Source: Dimorphilus gyrociliatus (lineage: Eukaryota; Animalia; Annelida). Taken from it: a stretch of DNA of 64,000 bases. Within the stretch, counting starts at the first letter, position 1, and every line of letters begins with the position of its first letter. Where the stretch lies: NCBI GenBank assembly GCA_904063045.1, contig CAJFCJ010000005.1, forward strand, positions 1,379,988 through 1,443,987, given 5' to 3'. This document shows, in pieces, positions 24,201 to 48,938 of the stretch. A program made the translations under genes and the position numbers. The notes under the pieces were generated by a model. That model was not told the DNA's origin, did no database searches, and saw nothing but the letters and a program-made list of their open reading frames with translations.

Positions 24201-26813
24201 ATATACTTGGCGTAAGCGAAAACTTCGAAGATTTTCAACTGTTTTTTTGATTTGTGGAAGGGCAGGCAGAAGCTTGATGAGAAGTTCAGGAATTTTTGGA
24301 TCCTTTTATATTATTGGACGAGGATGATATTAGATTATATTTATAACAATTAGAATTTGCAAAATGAATATTTACTTGAACGTTCACTTGCCTCTGCTGC
24401 CTGCCCTGCCACCTAAAGTGTGGATTGTTTAATTTCTGATTATAGGTCATTTAAATTTAGATAAGAATCGTGTTGTTCGCAAATGGCCAAAGAGTTATTT
24501 CGTTCAAATAAGTGAGAAATTAAGTATTATTTAATATGTACTTATAAAGTACAGTTAAAATCGCTTCAAATATCTTTAGTAAATATTTTAGAAAAGTTCG
24601 TAAAGGACTGGAAAATTCTTAACAAAAGTCGGTAATTACTTACGTAATTATAACAGGAGAGTCTACAAGATGATTGGGGAAAACTACTTCCCACATGGAC
24701 ACCACCTACGCCTCCTTTAACAACTGAGACGATTACTACCGATTTCAACAATGTTCTCTATGAATGCAGGCCCATGCCAGAGTCTCAACTGCCCCCTGTT
24801 AAAGTTCAACGTGTTCGCAGGAAGAGATTAGATACAAATGTTAGAATTAGCAGTAGTAAGGAACGAAGTAAATATAACAAGCCTTTAAGGAAGGATGGAC
24901 TACGAGTCCCACGATCTCTATTTGATCGTCCACAAAGTATGCGACGAGACCAGAGATTATTTAAACCTTTAAGCCCAACTAAAATAGGAAGATCGTCATC
25001 ATCTGACAACCTGACTGGAGAACGTCCAGATTGGGCGATATATGAAGACTGGTTTATCCTTTATTATATTAATGCAATTGAAAATAAAGATAATTTTTCA
25101 TCGGCTCCCACTCTCCCGAATTCTTCAATAAATTGGGACTTTGTTAGTGATGGAGTAAATGGTACTAGTCGGTCGTACAGGACTGCCAAACACTGCGTTG
25201 CTAGGTACGATAGTAAAGTTTTGCCGAGAGAGGAAGGACGACCAACATTTGATTCTACTCCAGCAGTTGGAAGAAAGTCTATGAAAAAGTCTATAAAAAC
25301 ACTAACAGGAAGAAAGAGTGGACGTTCACTGCGTACCAGTCAACTCATCTTACAAGATCAAAACAAAAGTCTCACCCAGTACTTCAACAATAGAATTGAG
25401 TTGATTTTGACTTTATCAAAGAAACGATCACCTCCGCCTCGTCCTGCTCTTGCTAATCCGACTCAGAAAAACCCAAAGCATCAAATGGTTCTCGTTGAGA
25501 ACGGAATCACATATGACAATCCCCTCTCGCCAGTGCAAGTAGCAAAAAGAAGGGCAGATCGCATTAATAAGGATAAACCAAAACAAACTACTGCTTCTTC
25601 AACACCTGCTACACCTACCACCACGAAATCTATAGTTTCGACAAATGTTAATACATCTCGAGTCGCATCATTTCCTACACAAACAAATACAACTACAGCT
25701 ATTCAGTATGTCCAAGCAAGTGTCTCAACATCTTCTACGTCGGTCGTTGTCCCTGCTACAGTAACTCTGGCTCGCACAGTCACAGCAACACCACCGACAA
25801 CTAATGTGATGATAAATACTACTATTAAAAAAGGAACCCAGCCAAATCAAAGATCTGTAAACTTCCCGGGAGTTGTCCAGGCCCAACGACAAACCCTAAG
25901 TACGAATCAGCAGTCTGCAGCAATCCTAAAAATAAATGCTGGAATCCCGAGAGTTCCTATATCAAAGGGTCAGCAAAAAGTCAGACTACCCCAAGCACAA
26001 GCAAACGTATTAGCTAGCTTACAAAAGCAGCCAGCACTAGCTGTTGTTCAAACTGGACAATCCAAGAATACAATTCCAAATGCTACTGTTCAGAGACCGG
26101 AGTTAACATTATACATGCATAAAGCAAAGAGCACCAGTGTTCCGAAATTTAGTGGACAAAAGTCTGTCGCAAGTTCGCAGATTTTTGCTCACATCCAGCA
26201 TGCAAGTCAGTCTTTGGTTAGCAACCAAACGACTGCTAGTATAGCTTCAACTACAGTTGCCCAACTGGTTAAGGCTTCAGGAAATCCTTCCACAGTAGGA
26301 CGCACCGGTGTTCAATCTGTTCAGAAAATCCAAGTTGTGCCTCAGGGTACAAAGAAGGCTACAGGAGGTCAACCAATTGTCATACAGAGACCAATTAATG
26401 TTCAAGCCCTACTTAAACAGCCTCAATCTACGGCTGCGTCAACCTCAACTGGTACGATTCATCAACTTATTCCTCAAAGCTCAACCAGTAGCAGCGTGAC
26501 CTTGACATTACCAGTTTCTCAAACATCATCTTTGCAAACCAAGCAACATAGTATAATGGCTATTCGTAGCGGACCTCCTAGAAGCGGAAATATAACCGCT
26601 CAAGGCCGAATTACACCGACAGTTCATAAATCTATTCAGCTACAGTTACATTCAACAGCTAGCTCCTCTCTGCAGAGAAGGCAGCAGCCGACACCTTCTA
26701 ATCTAGCAACTGTTGCTTTCTTACCCCAATCAGCAAGTGGGTCGTCAAGTACTGTGTCTTCGACATTAGTGACGGTTACTGCTCCCAAACAAACTCCAAG
26801 CAAGAAATCTTGA
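18259..26813 (+). CDS. dom: Domino / SRCAP-EP400 family SWR1-type chromatin-remodelling ATPase with two alternative C-termini
   Basis: ATG 18259 splices into the long exon. It encodes an HSA region (HWDYLLEEMQWMAADF), SNF2 motifs (GILADEMGLGKT, LDEAQNIKN) and a split helicase C domain ([22 protein letters not shown]). One tail has an AT-hook (RRGRGRPRK, stop 24080). The other has WTPPTPP plus a SANT-like domain (PDWAIYEDW..INWDFVSD..HCVARY, stop 26813). Confidence 0.95.
24256..24410 (+). other. Predicted long RNA stem-loop inside the domino alternative intron / short-isoform 3'UTR
   Basis: GGAAGGGCAGGCAGAAG (24256-24272) is complementary to CTGCTGCCTGCCCTGCC (24394-24410) at 15 of 17 positions. 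An inner helix pairs TGAGAAGTTCAG (24278-24289) with TTGAACGTTCA (24376-24386). Confidence 0.6.
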
Positions 26814-27001
26814 AGCAAGGGAGACAATTTCAAACTTTTGCACCTTTTATTATTGTTTTCATAAACAACTGAATCATATCGCTATAGTGGTGATATTAAT
26901 TCAAAGGTGGTGTATAAACTCAACTAATTTTGTTTAAAACAACTATCTTTTATTTCGTGTTGTTTTTTGTGTTATATTTTTTGTGAAAAACGTATACTAT
27001 G

Positions 27002-28293
27002 TTAACAGTTCTTGGCTTCTGTAAAGATACAACCAGATTCTGCTGTCATTGCTATCAGTTTACCGCTATACATGCAAACACACAGTTGAACGGCATATTT
27101 TGATGAATTTCCATTTGTTATTTTTGCTATTGGTAGAGTTTTTCCACTAAAGGAAGAGGCTTGAAGGATCAAAGAAGACTTCTAAATAATGTAAAATATA
27201 TTTAAATTCGTGTTTTTGAATACTAAAGTAACTAACTGTCTCTATATCCAAGTCTTTGGAAATAGCCTGAAAATTTCCTCCATCGTATTCAATGTCTTCA
27301 GCATCAAAGTAAGAGCTGAGTTTTGAAGAAATTGTTATTCCGGTACCATAATTAATGATATGGTTGGCTTTCGACTGCTTAACCTTTAAGTTATTTACTT
27401 TTGGTAATCGTAACTGTTCACTGTAGTTGCTTGTAAAAACTATTTCACCTTCATCATTCACAATTTTAAATGAATCAGCCACCCGTAATATAATTCCATT
27501 CTCATTTATAATGACTGAAAAATTACCACAAGTTAAGTTAGTCTTCAAACTTAGAATTTTTTAAATTAGCATATGAAAATGAAATAATAACAACGTATAA
27601 TTTATAGTAAAACTGGTATAGTATCGGGTTTTCGTATTCCGAATTCATTTTATATCAAACAAGAACAGTCTTGACTTGACTAAACTTAGGATAATGACAT
27701 GTTAGAAATGGATTGGGTATGATGCCTACCTTTGCTTCCAGAGTTCTCGTAAAACGTTAGCATTTCAAAAGATTCATTTCCCTCCAACTCAATCTTCAAA
27801 TTAGTATGTGGATTACTGTAGAGGGCGCTGTCAATATCGCAAGCACCTTCAACTGTAAAACTCTGCTTTACAGTCATAAGATCACTACCAAAACGTATAG
27901 CAGCCATACCAGTTTCAGATATGCGTAAAACAGATATCAATAGGAAAGTTAACGCCAAGTTTGTTATTATAGATAGACATATAAGAAACAGGCAAAAATT
28001 TAATGCATTAATCTGTATTATATAGAAGAAGTTAAATAATTTTAATATCTGACTTGCCCATACCTTTTTTCCGCGAATTCCTGTGCGATGTAAATAATAT
28101 TCATCAATATTTACGTATCCTGTGTTAAAATTTCCCAAATGCTCTTTATTTGTCTTCTCTTTTTCAGCTGATTTGGCTGTGATTGAACGTAAAGTGCCAT
28201 ATGGGCTTGATGGCAAAGAAGGTCCCTAAAAATATTTTTTAAAGTTTACAATTCTAAATTTATAAGTCTTACTACCTGAGATTCATCCAGCAT
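27002..28293 (-). CDS. SGCB: Beta-sarcoglycan
   Basis: EHLGNFNTGYVNIDEYYLHRTGIRGKK is followed by a single TM helix and VLRISETGMAAIRF, and the C-terminus has the Cys cluster QLCVCMYSGKL..GCIFTEAKNC*. Confidence 0.9.
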
Positions 28294-28520
28294 GGCTCCG
28301 TAAAGTAAAATTTTAAAGATTAGAAATAAATTGCAACATACAAAATGTGGTTGGTACAGCACACAATCATTCTAAAACAAGAACCCCCGTACTTAATACC
28401 GGCCAAATCAAACAGGCCATATAGCCTGTCCCTTTCAAATACTAAATAGCTCATTGCCGAATCGAAACAGGCTACCATGTTAATTCCCTATTTCCGGTTT
28501 GTTCAGTGGCGCCTGTAGCG

Positions 28521-31500
28521 ATGGCTGAGACTGTTCGACGCTTGAAAAATATCGGAAGCTTTTCGGTTCTGCAAGATAAATTAGAAAGTTGGCATGGAGA
28601 CTACTATGTAAGTAACGTTTTCAATGTTATGAAACAAATGGCTCGTCGTATCAAATCAAAATTAGCGGTTTATTTTCAAAGAAAGGCCGTTGCTATAGAA
28701 GCAGTATAAGTAGAATAATGTATTTTCTTCAGACTTTCATCGATTGAAATGATATTATTACTAATTCAAATTGATACTTAGTGAAAAGATATTAGAAACT
28801 AGACTGTATCACCATATCACTAGTTAATGAAAAGAGATTATTCTCCAGCGTGCAGGAAACTATCGACTGAAATTGATAAAAGTTGCACTTGATAAGGATA
28901 AGAGAGTATACTATATTATACAAAATTCGGTTATCTAGGCCAAATTAGTTTTCTTGCCAAAGAAATAATCCTTATGCTAACGTTATTTGCAAATAGAATT
29001 GTTTGTAATGACTTTTGTATACACAGATCTTTTGTGCTTTCGCTATTCCGAAATCAATTGACTTAATCAGCGTTGAATATTTTTCGCATGTTTATATAAA
29101 TAACATTTCCCCAACGACTATTATATCTCTAATAGAAGATTTTAGCCAGCTTATCAACGGATTATCTGTAGATTTATGCTACATCGACCTAGTGCTGAAT
29201 TTGTTTAAATTAATCAAACCCTGCTAAATAATCTGCAAACAATCCTTATATTCATAAACGGCAACAAAGTAAATATAAAATATTCCTTGTAAATTCCTTC
29301 ATTTAATTTATAAGTCGGATATATAAATATATACAACATACTGAACGTATCTGATTTATAAAACATTTATGACGTTTAATATTTACAGTATATATGCTGT
29401 TTAATTTACCTATTATGTTCTATTGCTACAATTATGATTAGTAACGGCATTATATTCAGAAACATATCGCTTGGTAGGCAATAAAAGCAACTGTTTAAGC
29501 AAGGAATTCAAAAAACATTTAACTGTTCAGTCTTAAGATACACATAATGAATAAATTTTATCGAACAAAATGACCTCGTTGCTGTCTCTCCTTGCGGTTG
29601 TTAAAAGAAATATTTGCAGATTAAATTTACTTTACATTGTTTACCCAACTACCAGAATTGAAAGTTTTATGTAAGCCTACGATAACGAAGAAAAATTGCT
29701 CAGTTAATAAACCACTAGTTGAATAATGTAGTTTTAATTAACAGCCCGTTGATAGGTTATACTTCGATTTCTCTAGAAATAGGTTCAAATTCTAAATACG
29801 CAAATAAAAATTAGATCTATAAATCGATGGGGTCGATATACTATAATACATGAACTTTCAGTGTAAACAACAGTATTAATAATATGTCTTATTTTTTCCA
29901 AGGTTAATTCGGCAGACGAAAACGTCAGTAGATGCTGCGAGATAATTGAATTGAATGCTAAGGTTCAAAGAGAACTTTTCCGTCTTCTAAATGTCGTGTC
30001 TGCTCAAGGTAAGTTACTTCATATGAATGTAGAATAAATTCATCGATTTGTCGATTTTCGAAAAGTTATTATAACAACGCATTAACAACCTATATTGTGG
30101 CTATTTCAAGCAAAATTTTCTTGAAAAACAATATATATTGTTTTTTAACGAATATATATGTAAAATAATGCTGATTCCATGGTTCATCATTTTTCTATAC
30201 AAAGAAAAAAATGTGTTTAAATCACAGATGTACATAAACTTGTTGAACGAACTATTTCTTAAGGGAGCACCGTCCTTAGTCGTTTAAAAAATTGGCACAG
30301 GGCCAAGCAATATTTAATTTTAGCCTATAAGTCTGACTCTTAAATTTATTTTGCTATAGCTGGATTGTATAGTACACCATCTTCAATTCGAGCAAGATTA
30401 TTACCTTGGTTAGGTGATGGTTTATGGCCAACCTACGTATCAGATGTAGCATGGTCGGCTCTGAGAAGTAAAGAGAGGTAAGCGCGCTTGTGATATATAT
30501 ATATATATAAACAGTAATGACATCTAGTGCTGAATGAGTTGAAACAAAAACAATAAAATTGATATCAAATAGTCGTAAGAAAATGAAGTATTAACGTTGG
30601 CATTTTACTATTTCATATATTAATATATGCAACTACATTATTTCGTAGGATAGATTTTTTGTGGTAATAGTTAAATGTGTGAATATTTAAACATATTTTA
30701 TTTCCATAATGAGATTTCAAAGTGATTAAAGTTAGATTTCTTTTTAACTATTAAACACCAGTATATATCCTTGACTTTATCAAAATTCAAGTTTAAACTA
30801 TTTATCTATTTTGGAAAATATTTTTTAATGTATGTTTAATGTCGTAATTGAAAGAGTAATGCATGTTTTTTGTCTATCGTAGAGAGCTAGACGATGTTAC
30901 CGATATGTACGAAAGAGATATACAATCTCTAGAAGATGACCTGCATTACTCTAAACTACAGGCAGATGACTTGAAGTCTCAGTAAGTGTTTATCTCGGAA
31001 AAGGTTCTTTAACACATGGCATGGAGAAACTATCCTCCCATTCATATACATTTATGCTTACGTATTACCAATTGTATATATAGATTGGATTTAGCCAAAG
31101 ATCGGCTCGAGACAGCAAAAATTTCTGACGGTGACGCTCGAAATATACGAATAAAGTAAAAAAAAATTTTTCGCACAAGACAAAAATAATTTTTTCCCCA
31201 CGATTGTAAAGCTCAAACGAAACGAAAAATATTCTAGTAATTAACATTATTTCCAAAAACATCTTCACATGCTATTACAATTCTTGTAGTTTTAGAATTT
31301 AGAATTTATTGCCTTCTATCTTATTTAAACTAGATAAAGGACATTTAAAACTTCTGAAAAGGATCAAACAGTTACAATGAATAAATGACAAGACATCTCG
31401 AAATAGCATTACTATAGAGAAATAATGCAACATTATATTGTACTGAACTGTATAGTAATATTTTCAGTTTCAGATGGCTTTAGTATCCTAAATAATTTAT

Positions 31501-34500
31501 GGATTGAATATGATTAAATGACTAGTTTTTTAAAGTGTGTTCTTTGAAATGAATATAAAATTAAGTTAACATCACTAAAATATCGTGGGGAAAGGATTAA
31601 TTCTCTCTAAGGCCTTTTTTCAGATATGAACAAATTTTCCACACAATACAAAGATATTGTCTGTGTAAAAAAATTTAGGAGTGTTTATTATAGATTGCGA
31701 GTGGCTGAGGATGAAGTGTCTCGATTACGTTCTAAATCATCTTTGATCGATTCTTATGAACGCCAAATTCGATCCTTGAAAGATGAAAATTCTTCTTTAA
31801 CTGATACTATCCGAGTAATATCTGATGGGTGAGACTATTATTTATATTTTAACAGATTAGTGGGCGTCCAGAGGGAGAACGCACGCTTACTATCTCGAAT
31901 GGATATAGTCAATGATTATGATTCAAAATTAAAAGATTTGAAAAATCAAATTGCTGTTGATACATATTTTGGTAAAAATCCAGTAAGGTACGTTCGGTCG
32001 ATAGATGGCGTTCTCCCTTTCGACGCTTTTTAGCTAATTTATATTATCATTTTTTATATGTAAGTAACACTTTTCCTTTTCGAAACAGACTTATGCTTGA
32101 TTAAATCTAGAATTTTTCCTTCTTTGCACTTTTTGCAAAAATAATTTCTTTCATCCTTGTAAATAAGTAGGATAAAATTAGTTATGCTCTTTCAGGAATG
32201 AAACCTTTTGCTCTAACATACATGTCTTGCGAAAGTCTGACTTAATCACATCTGTTTCAAATTATTTTTGATTTCAGAAACTTTTTTAAACTAAATAAAT
32301 AATATTTCACATCTAAGGAGAATAACGTCAAACGTTTTCAGAGAGCTACCGGCAAGAAGATCGCGATCAAGATCACCTTCTCCTAGGCGATACATTCCTT
32401 TATCGAGACCCACTTCACCTTTTGCTCCGGATGACGTTACCCAAAGAGTCCGACAATCGGGACTGATAACTCGTTTTAATGACATGTTCTCGCAAGATCG
32501 ACTAGACGCCATGGATATTTTACGGGCTTATAGCTCGGATCATGAGAATAATCAGCGTATTATTTTCGTGGCAATTCAGGTATATATTCCTAAAAAATTT
32601 AGATCAATGAAAATGCCATTATTATTTCGTCCTATTCTCTATCTTTATCCGTTTTTACTGAAACTTCGCACCCGCAATGTTCGATATAGTTGGACAAACT
32701 GAGAACTTGATAGTTTTATAGGCAATTATTTTTTATGATATCGAAATTTTTTATCATGATTATAAAATAGATAGATTTAAAATCAATTTTAAGCTCTTAA
32801 TCAAGGGACTTTCTTAAATAGAAAAAGATATTACTGCATTATCTTGCTATTTGTTTATCCTTCCTTTGAAAATTTTCTGTTAAATTCCAATTACTATTGT
32901 ACCTGCAAACAGGATACGTCACGTAGACCACATATAATAATTCATTCTAACCTCTTTTATGGGAAGCAACAAAGCCAATGTATCTTTGAAATTAATCAAT
33001 AAGTAGTGCATATTATACCATATATGCAAATACAGTATAATCATGCGTTTTGCGCTATATTTCTTAACATAGTGTAATGTTTGTCGTGAAAGGAACAAAG
33101 TGTTTTTTATGATAAGGTTTTACAAGCCTTTAGGAAAAGTAGATAGATCAAACAAACTTTTTCTGAATATATCATGTAAAAATGTGCATTGTGCGCGTCT
33201 TTTTACTAATATTGGCGTATTTGTTTGCTGCTGTGTGTTTCTCAATAGAAAGAAAATAACAATCTCCGCAGATTTACTCGTAAAAGCTTGGGACAAGATT
33301 GTGTTAGAAACAATTAGATTCCCTTAGAATTTATTTTAGGAAGATATTGCCTCTGATAGTTAATATTAGAGGCAGCAACTCCTTTCTTTCAACTTGCTTA
33401 TAATATTTAAGCTGCAGACAAACAGTATCAGATTAAATTATTCAGTTTTTTAATTACTTGTTGTATATTGAATTGACTTCCAGAACTACATAAAAAGATA
33501 ATTGCTAATAGTTAACCAGAGCAAATACATTTATTTACTATTGAAATACGCGTCAGTATCTCTAAGCTGAAAAAATATATATTTATTCCTTAATTGCGTT
33601 AACTTTCTATTAATGTTTGAAATGTAGTATGTTCTAACAATTTATGGTTTACCATAATGTCAATTCCTTTCAGGAAGCTTTTTCTGCAACTAAATTGGCA
33701 TTTGCTGAATACAAGCTAAAAATAAGATCAAACCTTGTAACAACTCATTTCGGACCAGAAACTTTGGAAGAAGCAGTCCAAGATTACATAAATCGAAACT
33801 ATGATTTATTTGATGTAGGTTGCTTGGTCCAGGAAGTAATCCGTTCATTGTCAAGAAATCCTAAGATTTATCTACCCCCGGACGCTTCATTTTCAATAAT
33901 TACGTCTTTCATTCGAGAGGCATGTAAATTGGCCTGGAACATGAGCTGCTTAGCCCAACCGTTGGACATTTGCATCGCCAACGATGCGGAGCTGTTTGAT
34001 GAACACAAGTAAGTCCTTAAAACTTATACTATGTGTTGATTGCTTATAGACACTCTGTCTTTCTTGACGCTGTGTTTACACATTTTCAGTTGAGTATTTT
34101 AGGAATTCAGAGAGCCTCAATGAGAATTGTCCGTCTCATCTCATACGTATTTTGATGATTCCTCAAAAAAAACATTGCAGTGCAGGAGGTTGAAATAGGT
34201 CAAAAATCGTTTATAAATATTGCACGCTGCATCTTATTTTTCTTAGTTACACTACAAGCCAACTTAAATTGTATATTATTCATTCAAATCGTATATGATA
34301 CTGAAAATACCAATCTTATTAAATGACAGTATGTTTCGTAAACCATTATAGTATTTTGTTAAGCTACAACTCTAATTTTCTGGGGTCTAAAGCGTTCCTA
34401 CTTCTTTATTTGTGAATATTTTGACGGTGCAATTATCACAAAAAAAGTGTAATGTTATTATTAAATTTTTTCAATGTTAATATCTACTATATTGTAATGA

Positions 34501-35318
34501 GTAGCATTGCGCAACTTAAAATACTCTAATTGTCAAATGATATAAACAACATCAATAGTACAAGTCTTTGTTCTTAAAATATGCCTCATCACATATCCAT
34601 AAAATTTGCAAATTGATCTGAAAGCGTGTTAAATATCTGAATATATTAAGCTAGTTTCTAAATAGTTGGAACAAATATATGCCTACATATTCTCTTTGTT
34701 CTCTGATAGGTACCGACGCACATATGATTCTGAATACACTGCACCCTTGGTAAGCCATCACGTTTGGCCATGCCTTATGCAAGGCACTAAAGTGATTATG
34801 AAGGGAGAGGCTTGCACAAAACGCGGGGCATCTCTGGTTTGTATAGCTTACGAAACTACACTTTGCTGCAACAGCTTCTATTTTGATATTAACTCAGTTA
34901 TTCACTAATATAACAGGGGACTCCTAGACGAGGACGATCACCCGTTCGTAATTCGACTCTGCCGCGATCTAGATCAATCTCTCCTATTCGTATGCGCTCT
35001 AGATCGGCGTCACCAGTAAGGTCAAAGTCACCACTTCGAAACGGAACAACTGGTAGGTATTGCTCACATTAAAAAATACAGGATTGACAAAAGCGCTCTT
35101 TCACCAAATATAGGCCTTGAATCTTTAAAAAAGTTTTAAGCACTTCCGTAATTGATGAATTTTTTTTTAGTTGTGTTTTCATAACAATTACGCTGTGTCA
35201 TCCTTTGAAATTTCTTTCCTGATAAGTCAAATTTTGACATATTAATAGGAAAGTATTTTTCCGATTCTTAGTTTACATGTTTTCCTCTACAGGCCTTAGC
35301 AAAGTTAAATTTCGCTGA
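28521..35318 (+). CDS. SPATA18: Mitochondria-eating protein (MIEAP) with coiled coils and RS/SP-rich segments
   Basis: The N-terminus is [55 protein letters not shown]. Further motifs are [41 protein letters not shown] and [21 protein letters not shown]. The last exon and stop (35316-35318) are inferred from splice phase. Confidence 0.88.
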
Positions 35319-35762
35319 TCAAAGATAATTATACGAGGTTTATACATTTAAATATAAAATTAATTTTGTCCTTATAATACAGAATCTTTATATATTTTGA
35401 TTAATTTCTATTTTCTAGATATGGTCTTCTGAATCACCTCTACCTTTTGTCTTAATGGTGTCTCTGTAGTAGAATTTTTCTGCGAGAAAAATAGTAGAAG
35501 TTTCGATATTAGATATTTGTTGTTTGCAGTGTTTGACAATATAAAAATTATGCACGTTTTTGATATTAGACGTCTTACAAGTGCAGTATTTCGACTGTAA
35601 AATGGTTTTTTCCGTCCATAATGTGATCTTGTGATTACAAAAATTGATTTCGGTTTGCTGTGTATATCTTTCAGAATACATTTCTTTGAAGAGTCATTGA
35701 CTTGGCTTAGTCATTTATATCAACGCGCTAAATCGAAAACGAGACACCACCGGAAATCATAA

Positions 35763-46419
<10,657 letters not shown>

Positions 46420-47370
46420 ATAAAAAATATACTAGCTGTAAATTTATAATTTCTTTTAGCTTTATTAATTTCACAATTTTATTGTCCTCTTGCCCTGTCA
46501 CCTTCCTTTGTACAACTAATCAAATTATTCGTATCCAGTGTTATAAGAAATATAATGTATATGCACCATATGTACCAAGACTTTTTACTCGAAAAAACTT
46601 AGATACAGTATATGGCAGAATTTCAATTCCTTGAATTTTAAAACATTGTATTTTTAAGTCAAAATACATTCTATATTTGTCTAATACAGTTCTTTATTAT
46701 GCAATATACTTTCTTTGTCTAATTGACCGTATCAAACATAACAAACTCTGAAGTTATTAAATGCTTAAATTTGAATACTAGTGTATTAATGGAGTTTTTT
46801 TGCTGTCAATACTGCTCTTAGACACGAATTTTTTATTAGTACAAAATAAAAATTAATCGCTCTTCTGTTGTAAATCAAAAACGTTTTAAAGCCGCCTCGT
46901 TTAAGAGTCTTCTGTCAGGTGCACGTTTGTGCAATGGACAAAGTGAACCAAATGATATAGGTTCCTGTTTAGTTCTTGTTCCAATGAAATTGGAGCACTA
47001 GATAGTTATTATTTCTTTCCATTTTCAGTTGATGAATAATATCTGGCTATATTCAAACAGCAAAAATTCTTCTTATCAATATAAATGCCAACTTGAAACT
47101 CTTGCGCGACTTAAGAATGGAAAAAAATTTAGTTCCTTTTGATTATTAAAAAAAGTATATACTTTCTACCTCAATAAAGTTAGAACTTGTGAGGCATTTC
47201 AGATTCTCAGTCGAGACTGGTTAATTTGCAAATTAGCCCTGAAAAATTTACAGGGAGCCACATTAATAGTATTGCAACGCGACAGCCAATCTCTTTATGC
47301 CATGTTTTAAAACAATTTCGCTCGAAATTTCTCATTTCATTTTTCTAAAGAGCTAGTGGAACAAACAGTC

Positions 47371-48123
47371 ATGCTCATTAATATTTGTCATATAACACTT
47401 TTTTTTACTTTGGTGATGATTGTCTCATCTATGAAGGAGGTTAACAAAGAAACATGCGAAGGTAAAGAATATAAGTTACTATCAAATACTCTTGTAAATA
47501 ATTTGTAATACTTAGTCTGCGTTACGATGATTGAGAAATTCATTGAACAAACGGATTCTGAAACTAAGAAGAGCGTGGAGAAAGTTCAAGATGCCTTTAT
47601 GAAGTTTTGTAAGACTAAGAAAAAGGATGATAATCGCTTGGTATGGACCTTTAATTATAAAAAAGGAATTATTTTCCAATATTCTTATAAGCGTGATAAA
47701 AATGACAATATTTTTTTAAATATTACCAAAAATAGTGTTATTACGTTGGAGGTCTAGAAGAATCGGCGACCAGCGTTTTAGGAGAAATTACAAAAAGAGT
47801 GACTTGGGGTGTTCCAGCCGATAAAATTTGTATGCATTTAAACAAGAAGGATTCTCAAATTTGCGAGTTGAAATATGGTAAATTAGTTTTCACATTTGAA
47901 TTTCATTACTTTTAAGTATACTATTTCAGAAAAACAAATTGATCTGACAAAAGTGAACTTAAAGAAACTAAAAGTCAAAGATTTAAAGAAAATACTCTCA
48001 GACTGGGATGAAAATTGTAAAGGATGTACCGAAAAATCAGATTTTATATCGAAGATAAAAGAATTAATGCCTATTCATGCACCCGATGCTGCTAAAATTT
48101 TAAAGAAGAAAGAGGAATTATAG
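47371..48123 (+). CDS. MANF: Mesencephalic astrocyte-derived neurotrophic factor (ARMET/MANF)
   Basis: Signal peptide, saposin-like CEVC...[44 protein letters not shown]-like [29 protein letters not shown], and the ER-retention motif KEEL*. Confidence 0.96.
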
Positions 48124-48448
48124 TAAATTTATTTGTTTGTTCAATGTGAAATTGTTAAAGAAACATTTTCATTAATATTAAATAAAGAACAATAAGTCGT
48201 TTACGTTTTCGAAGTCAGCATCCCGTGTGGTATTTAGCTATATCCTCCGTTAAGTAAGACATACCGATTTCAAAATGGCGCGACTCTAAACAAGACTTAA
48301 AGGATGCACAATTTTTTCTTCAGATATTATAAAAAGTTTATACATATTAACTGAAAGCATCATTACACTTGTTGAGAAATTTGTTTTGATGTTTATTTTA
48401 GATTAAATAATCCGTTTTAAAAAATAGTTTTTAAAGAATTCATCATTT

Positions 48449-48938
48449 ATGGCGCTGAAATCAAAATACAGGTAATTATTAAAAACAATACAATTTTTTT
48501 CTTTCGAGTGAAACGTCAGAATGCAGCAGACATTTTTGTAGTTTAATAATTATTTTCAAGTGGAAAGAACCTGTTTTAGTTATAGTAATCTGTGTAGAGC
48601 GCTTTTTATACTATAAAATTTTGTCAAGAAAACATCAACTCTCGCAACAATTTCTCGCAACGACAACCGGACTTTATCGCCAATTGAAAGAAGACAAATT
48701 CATAAATAAGAAAAGGATATTTCGTCATTTTTACTACCCAAATAGTAAACCAAAACAGGAAAAGTCGACTTTTCTACTTTGTAACAAAGTAAAACCTTAT
48801 GAGGGTGAATCGATTGTCAATTCCTTAAAAGAATGGAAAGAGTCTACCTGTGACTGGGAGAATTTTGAGGCAATATATCCTAGAATCCGACAGCATTTAC
48901 CGTTTATCTTTTATGAACCGAAGATTATTAAGTTGTAA
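48449..48938 (+). CDS. Possible uncharacterised protein-coding gene; exon structure unresolved
   Basis: ATG 48449 with a strong donor (CAG|gtaatt), a stop-free frame spanning 48483-48938, and a donor GTAAGT at its end. A YY1-like AAAATGGCG lies upstream near 48272. No family was recognised. Confidence 0.35.

Noticed and set aside
24460-24631. Possible small cassette exons upstream of the domino SANT exon
   Set aside because: They introduce stops or need phase-incompatible or ~30-nt introns; direct 22877^24657 splicing already restores the conserved sequence.
18645-26833. Numerous short antisense or alternative-frame ORFs within domino
   Set aside because: Expected by-products of long coding exons; none has independent splice or homology support.
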